DNA of 64,000 bases, taken from the NCBI RefSeq assembly GCF_035594765.1, contig NC_085842.1, positions 304,281,749-304,345,748 of the forward strand, written 5' to 3'. Origin of the DNA: Anolis carolinensis. Its lineage: Eukaryota. This document shows positions 58,158 through 64,000 of the stretch, piece after piece. The notes under the pieces were generated by a model. The model was not told the DNA's origin and ran no database searches. It worked only from the letters and a program-made list of their open reading frames with translations. Within the stretch, counting starts at the first letter, position 1. The number at the start of each line of letters is the position of its first letter. Both the position numbers and the translations under genes were made by a program.

Positions 58158-61100
58158 TATATGCATATGTATATATATAAGGTAAAGGTTTCCCCTGACG
58201 TTAAGTCCAATCATGTCTGACTCTGGGGGTTGGTGCTCATCTCCATTTCTAAGCTAAAAAGCCGGCGTTGTCCGTAGACATATCCAAGGTCATGTGGCTG
58301 GCATGACTGCATGGAGCGCCGTTAGGATAGATATATATATCCAAAGAATATCTTTACTAGATTACTATATATACTCATGTATACATTAAAAAACCAACAA
58401 AAAACCTCATGGATATTAGAGACTATAATAACAGCTAATAAGGATGGCAATGTCATTGCAAATACATCTAGAAGACTGTACAGAATACAGACACTGAGGA
58501 GCCACCTTTGCTATATCTTACCTGCAGTGCTATCACTTATCCCATCCTTGCAATCGGACTGAATGGCACTGATTTCTCCCTGCTGAAAGTGAGATGCACA
58601 AACGTTTGTTTACAAACAAGAAGGAAAACATCACTGCGACTTCTAAGCAACAAGCACAAATTCCCGAAATGAAGAATGTCTTTTCAAAAGAACAGCTTAT
58701 CTTTTTTTTTTTTTAAGATAGAGCGGTAATCCAACTGGAGATTTTTCAACATACTAACTGGTAAAGAGACAGAGGTTTAATTGATTATATTTGTGTATCA
58801 AATGTAAACATGTTCTTTCTAGGATTTAGTTGCTGATCCTATAAAAACACGCTGGATTTATACAGAAAGTACTTTCAATAAATACTAAAGCTAACCAAGA
58901 AAAGAGAGCCAGTATGGTGTAGTAATTTGAGCACTGGACTAAAACTTTGGAAGTCAGGGTTTGAACCCCCACCTGGCCATGGGATTCACTCTCTCAGCCT
59001 CAAAAAAACGCAAGGCAAACCTCCTCTGAACAAATTTTGTCAAGGAAACCCTGTGATGGGCTAGCCTTAGGGACACCATCAGTCAGAAATGCCCTGAAGA
59101 CAGACACCAACAACACAACCAAGAAAAGATATGTACTAAAGAAAGCGTAAATTAACATTCATATTAACAGTACGATAATACAAAAGACATACTAATTCTT
59201 CTTGGAAGAAGAAGTCACATTAAATACTTTGTTTTTAGTAAAGTATCTTGAAGGTCTAACTCCCCATTATGCCACTTGGATTAGCACACATCTCTGTATT
59301 GGGCTGTATTTGGGCTGCATTTTTGCCAGGATTATGTCATGTAAAGGAAGCACTAAGCCCCCCACGGTGTGATATTGCGGAACCAATCCATTCAGCACAA
59401 TAAGTGGAGTGTATTTATATTGCACAATCATAGCAGTTCGATACTGCTTTAACTACCATGGCTCCAAATAAGGAATACAGGCATATGTAGTTGGCTGTTG
59501 GATTTGGAAATGTCTAGTTCCTCTTATAGCATAGGAACTCTCTGGCAGAGAATTACCCAAACTACAAGTCTGAGAATTCTATAGGATGGAATCATGGTAT
59601 CGAACAGCTATAATGATGGGGTTGTTGTGTGTTTTCTGGGCTGTATGGCCATGTTCCAGAAGCATTCTCTCCTGACGTTTTGCCCACATCTATGGCAGGC
59701 ATCCTCAGAGGTGAGGATGTCTCTCATAGATGTGGGCAAAATGTCAGGAGAGAATGCTTCTAGAATATGGCCATACAGCCCAGAAAACACACAACAACCC
59801 ATGATTCTGGCCATGAAAGCCTTCGACAACACAGCTATAATGATGTGCTCAGGATACACCTCAGCTATATTTAAAAGACAATCACACAACATCACTTAAT
59901 GTGTATTTTATTTAATTATTTTTGGCCAAAAGGCAACAAAGAGGTATGTTTAGTACTTTTGCATTGCCTCCCAGATGACAAGAGCACCTGGACTGATGAA
60001 CAAATAAAACATTGGTTTGCTGTGCGTTTTCCAGGGTGCATGGCTATGTTCCAGAAGCATTCTCTCCTGACGTTTCACCCACAACTATGGCAGGCATCCT
60101 CAGAGGTTGTGAGGGTGTGAGGATGCCTGCCATAGCTGTGGATGAAATGTCAGGAGAGAATGCTTCTGGAACATGGCCGTACAGCCTGGAAAACTCACAG
60201 CAACCCAGTGATTCCGGCCATGAAAGCCTTCGACAACACAAATAAAACATTCATGTTTAAACCAGAAATGCGGCTGAACACTGAATATTACCTTGGATCC
60301 CTGCTCAGCAAACAGCGGCTGGCATTTCCCAGAAATTGGAGTTGAAGTTGTTGAATGCGGAGAGGACAGGTCGCTAAACTGAAAAAGATGAATGCATTTG
60401 AGGGACACATACTGCTTCTTGGTAGGAGATGTCATTGCTCTTGGTTAGTTCCAAACAAGCGAAGACTACACATCAGTCATCTTTAGTTGGCAGGAAACAT
60501 GCAGCCAGGCAGTCACCGAAGTAACGGTTCTGCTCAATATTGAACTTCTGGTTCAATTGCTATGCACCCCCATGCACAAAGCCATTTATACGAGTCCAAG
60601 AATTTTAAGCAAGTGGTTGAAAGGCAAAGACTGTCAGCATTTGGATGAAAGGAGGAGGCTTATTAAAGCTCTGCTGCTCCAAACTTAGGATCCTGTCACA
60701 TTCCCAACAGCCCTCCTGGAAAGCATTAACTAATCTGGGTTTTCAAAATCAGGCCACCCTATTTCTATCCTTGCAAGAATTCACTCATGAGGCACACATT
60801 TAAAAAAGGAACTGCGCCACCAGAAGTACCCCCGTCTATTCCCAACCGGACATTTCTGCTCCGTCCGCCACCCCACCCCATCTATACATAGCAACGTGTT
60901 GGAAGTTGGACTTGGCTCTTTACCTGGACAGGACTGACTGGAGGTGGCGGTGGGGCTTTGCGTTTTTTTGGAGTTCCACTTCTTTCTGAACTTAATCTAG
61001 AGACTTGATCATGCTGGAAAGTTTCACAGGCCAGAAAAGGGAAGTATGTTAGTTGGTTAGTAAGGTCTGCGTTAAAAGTTATTTTTTTTCTCCTTTTATT

Positions 61101-63672
61101 GGGAAAAAAACTTTTAAAAGTTACATGAACATTTCAAAACGATACATGCCTTTGCTTGTATAGCACACTGTTATGTCACATGCTTAACTATGAGCTCACC
61201 CTGCCTCCTTCTGGTATTCATGCTTCAGCAAATTAAATGTAGTGAATAAAAGCACACATTTTCCCCACTGAATGGTGAGCTCAGATGCAAGGCTATTCAT
61301 ATCCCCAAGCAGTTTACTAATCTTCCTGTTGAATGCCAAACTCTCCCAGCAAAGCCAGAAAAAGGAGGTTTTCCTCCCTCTTTTTCCAAGGTCATTCATG
61401 CTTCTGATTTTTTAAAAAAGCTCCCCCATTGTTGTGTGTTTTGCAAAACACACAGCTAGATAAGCCCAACTGTTTTGGTAATTGTTAAAATCCTCAAGTT
61501 AGGGACAAAAGAACTTGTCATAAGAAAAAATACTTCACAAATAATTAGGTGTTCATCACAACTCCTCCGCAGCATTTTTCATTCCTGATTGGGGAGATTT
61601 TTTTTAATCATGTCAGATGGGAGAGAGCAGTATCTGGCAAACCCAGGCCCTTCCACACAGCTGAATTTTTTTTATTGTCTCAGACACGACTTGAGAACAT
61701 GACTTGAGTCGCTTCTGGTGTGAGAGAATTGGCCGTCTACAGAGATGCTGCCCAGGGGATGCTCAGATGTGTTATGATCCTGCTGGGAGACTTCTTTCAT
61801 GTCCCTGCAAGCTAGAGCTGACAGACAGAAGCTCACCCCATCTAGCGGATTTGAAGCGGCAACCTTCAGGTCAGCAACCCAACCATTAGGGCAGCAGTCC
61901 AGCTGGCACAAGGGAAGATGTACATGTATCAAGCCCTTGGCCATGTAAGTGCTTAAATTTAATACACCACAATAAACTATTTTGAGCCTTCTGATGCTAC
62001 ACTGAATTGCCTAAACACAATGCTAAAATAATGTTAAGTTCAGAATAGAGATGGAAAATCTCAGCTCTCTCGATATCGCTCTACTGCAACTCCCATTATT
62101 CCTAATGAGGTCATGCTTCCTGAGGCTCACAGAAGTTGGAAACTTACAACAGATGGGGGATCACTGATTCTCCACCTCTAACTCAAGTTTTCGTGAGCCT
62201 TAGGTCATGTACTGCTTCCTCTACTCTTCTCTTCTTGTGTGGGTGAAGTGGGATTTGAAACTTTTTGCAATAGTTAATTGTTACACCTAAACCTGAAACT
62301 GTGGTTAATCTTAATTATGCTTTAGGCCACACATGTCAAACACAACTCTTGTGGTGAAAATGCTGCCCACCGTGTTATTTTATGTGGCCTGTGTGGTTTT
62401 CAATGCCAGGGCAATGTAGTTAAATTTATTCAGTTTTACAATGATGAATGGCCCTTTAAAGGCAACCATAAGACTGATGCGGCCCTCAGTGAAAGTGGGT
62501 TTGATACCCTTGGTTTATGTGAACTCAGCAGAAGATTTTATGTTGTCTTATTTCCCCTAGTAAAGGTAAAGGTTTTCCCCTGACATTAAGTCTAGTTGTG
62601 TCCGACTGTGGGGGTTGGTGCTCATCTCCAGTTCTAAGGTGAAGAGCCGGCGTTGTCTATAGCCACCTCCAAGGTCATGTGGCCAGCATGACTGCATGGA
62701 GTGCCGTTAACTTCCCGCCGGAGCAGTGCCTACTGATCTACTCACATGTGCATGTTTTTGAACTGCTAGGTTGGCAGAAGCTGGGGCTAACAGCAGGAGC
62801 TCACCCCGTTCTCTAGATTCTAATTGCCGATCTTTCAGTAAGTTCAGCAACTCAGTGGTTTAATCCACTATGCCACCGGTGGCCCCTATTTTCCCTATCC
62901 ATAACTAAAACAAACATAATTTGGTACCAATTTGGGGTTTTTATAGCTCCCATTAGGGCTTATTTAGGGGAAGAAAATTGTGGCAAAGGAGTTTCAATGT
63001 CCCCTCCTGAGGTGCATAATGAGGAAAATCTCAGTTTCACAGTGCATTTATTGTAGGATACGCATCAACCCCCTATATTTTTGCACTATCACCTGTTACT
63101 AGTCATTTTGTTCTGATACCATAGCAAGCCAGAGACTGCTTCTGGATAATGAGAAAAAAATGGATGGTGATAACCTATGGTCCAAAATCCATGTTCTATA
63201 TTTGCCCCTATGAACAATACATGTTATGTCTTTGCTCAATGGGTTTTAACATCACATTGTTAGCCCAACTTGGTTAAGTGCTGTTGAAATAGCTTCACTC
63301 CAATTTCTGCACACAACGTGGAACCATATACCACAAAATGGCTTAAGAAATTAACCCACATTGGGAAACTTTGGGCTTTCAAAGTAATTTCCAACTTACA
63401 GTAACCTGAAGGCAAACCTATCTGGGGGTTTTCTTGGCCAGGTTTGTTTAGGGAGGTTTTGCCATTGTCTTCTATCCAGTCCTGATACAATCGCAATCAG
63501 TTAACAGGTTACAGAAGCCAATAATGAAATTTAATCAAGTTGCACATAGAGCTCAAAACACTGACAGATTGGAATTCCTAAGTATTTCTTTATCTAAAAG
63601 TGCAAAGGTAATGAAGTATTTCTGTCTTTTTAGTTCGTTTTACCTGTTTTGACCTTGCTGGTGACTTGGCTT
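48022..63672 (-). CDS. RAI14: Ankycorbin (retinoic acid-induced 14), last 9 exons; the ankyrin-repeat 5' part lies beyond the window end
   Basis: Exons (minus): 63644-63672, 60924-61013, 60292-60378, 58522-58582, 57915-58033, 53572-55110 (1539-nt coiled-coil exon), 52417-52566, 49253-49318, 48022-48123. All GT-AG and in phase. Peptides include [46 protein letters not shown] and [19 protein letters not shown]. Confidence 0.95.
48280..48831. mobile_element. Two hAT MITEs (48280-48377; 48450-48831, interrupted by an L2-type tail)
   Basis: TSDs GTCTATCT/GTCTACCT and ATTTAGAT/ATTTAGGT. Confidence 0.7.
56400..56960 (+). mobile_element. L2 LINE 3' fragment
   Basis: Remnant reading ...[12 protein letters not shown]...[12 protein letters not shown] followed by TGGAAT, typical of the L2 ORF2 end, then an AT-rich tail. 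Confidence 0.65.
57352..57860 (+). mobile_element. Decayed L2 reverse-transcriptase fragment
   Basis: [17 protein letters not shown] and YADDTQ (TATGCTGATGACACCCAA at about 57612), with frameshifts. Confidence 0.8.
58179..58323 (-). mobile_element. 5'-truncated Sauria SINE next to a (TG)n microsatellite
   Basis: Matches the tail half of the 32227 copy. Confidence 0.8.
58905..59118 (+). mobile_element. Old MIR-like tRNA SINE
   Basis: GCCAGTATGGTGTAGT...GGGTTTGAACCCC head and a CAACAAC tail. Antisense copies at about 38260-38436, 39630-39760 and 57175-57350. Confidence 0.6.
59619..59830. mobile_element. Penelope inverted pLTR pair
   Basis: Inverted pLTR halves with a 15-bp flanking duplication ACAGCTATAATGATG (59604-59618, 59831-59845). 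Confidence 0.85.
60014..60237. mobile_element. Penelope inverted pLTR pair
   Basis: Same structure, with a 14-bp flanking duplication ACAAATAAAACATT (60000-60013, 60238-60251). Confidence 0.85.
60066..60106 (-). ncRNA. Minimal type I hammerhead ribozyme motif in a Penelope pLTR
   Basis: Minus strand CCU-CUGAGGA-UGCCUGCCAUAGUUGUGGGU-GAAA-CG-UC-AGG: core boxes CUGANGA and GAAA, cleavage dinucleotide UC, and stem I CCU/AGG. Confidence 0.65.
61677..61913 (-). mobile_element. tRNA-derived SINE, 42044 family
   Basis: Reverse-complement similarity to the 42044 copy; same orientation as the 7560 copy. Confidence 0.75.
62560..62885 (-). mobile_element. Sauria SINE, full length
   Basis: Same family; imperfect TSD TATTTCCCCTA/TATTTTCCCTA. 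Confidence 0.85.
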
Positions 63673-64000
63673 CTGCAAAAGAGAAAGAGAATACTATGCT
63701 TTATATAGACAATATGAGATATTTAAAAGATGAAATATTTACAGTTTGATATGTTTACAGTTTGACCTTAAACTTGTGGTTATTTAGAATTCAATTGTGT
63801 TGATATCAACAACATTCATCTTAATATCAGTATCATTTATTATTTATCTGCTTTTATTTATAATTTTGATTGAAAACCCATCTAAAGACCTATCTCTTCC
63901 AGCAGGCCTACCCAGACATTTTTAAACATTAATTTTAAACTTGTTTCTTGTGATTAATCTCTGTTATGTGTATCTTAATATGTATTGTATAGAAATACAT

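Overview
Vertebrate nuclear DNA. The repeat content (Sauria SINEs, Penelope, Vingi-like, L2, CR1, Harbinger/hAT/Tigger MITEs, a Helitron) points to a squamate, probably an Anolis-type lizard. The window holds the conserved five-gene block that lies at 5p13.2 in human, here in reverse: DNAJC21 (minus, 5' part), BRIX1 (minus, complete), RAD1 (plus, complete), TTC23L (minus, essentially complete) and RAI14 (minus, 3' part). I reconstructed the exons by hand from splice sites and reading-frame continuity. Most ORF-track entries are spurious or exon read-throughs. I found no convincing wholly new gene system. The best leads are: a U12-type AT-AC intron in TTC23L; a core-intact minimal hammerhead ribozyme motif in a Penelope pLTR, in sense orientation inside a RAI14 intron; a 1.9-kb Helitron ending 2 bp from the only apparent BRIX1 poly(A) hexamer; a perfect 37-bp-arm hairpin in a RAD1 intron; palindromic hAT MITEs next to three promoters, with mirrored private variants; and a tandem RFX X-box candidate promoter for TTC23L. 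Gene and repeat family names come from recall, not from a database search.
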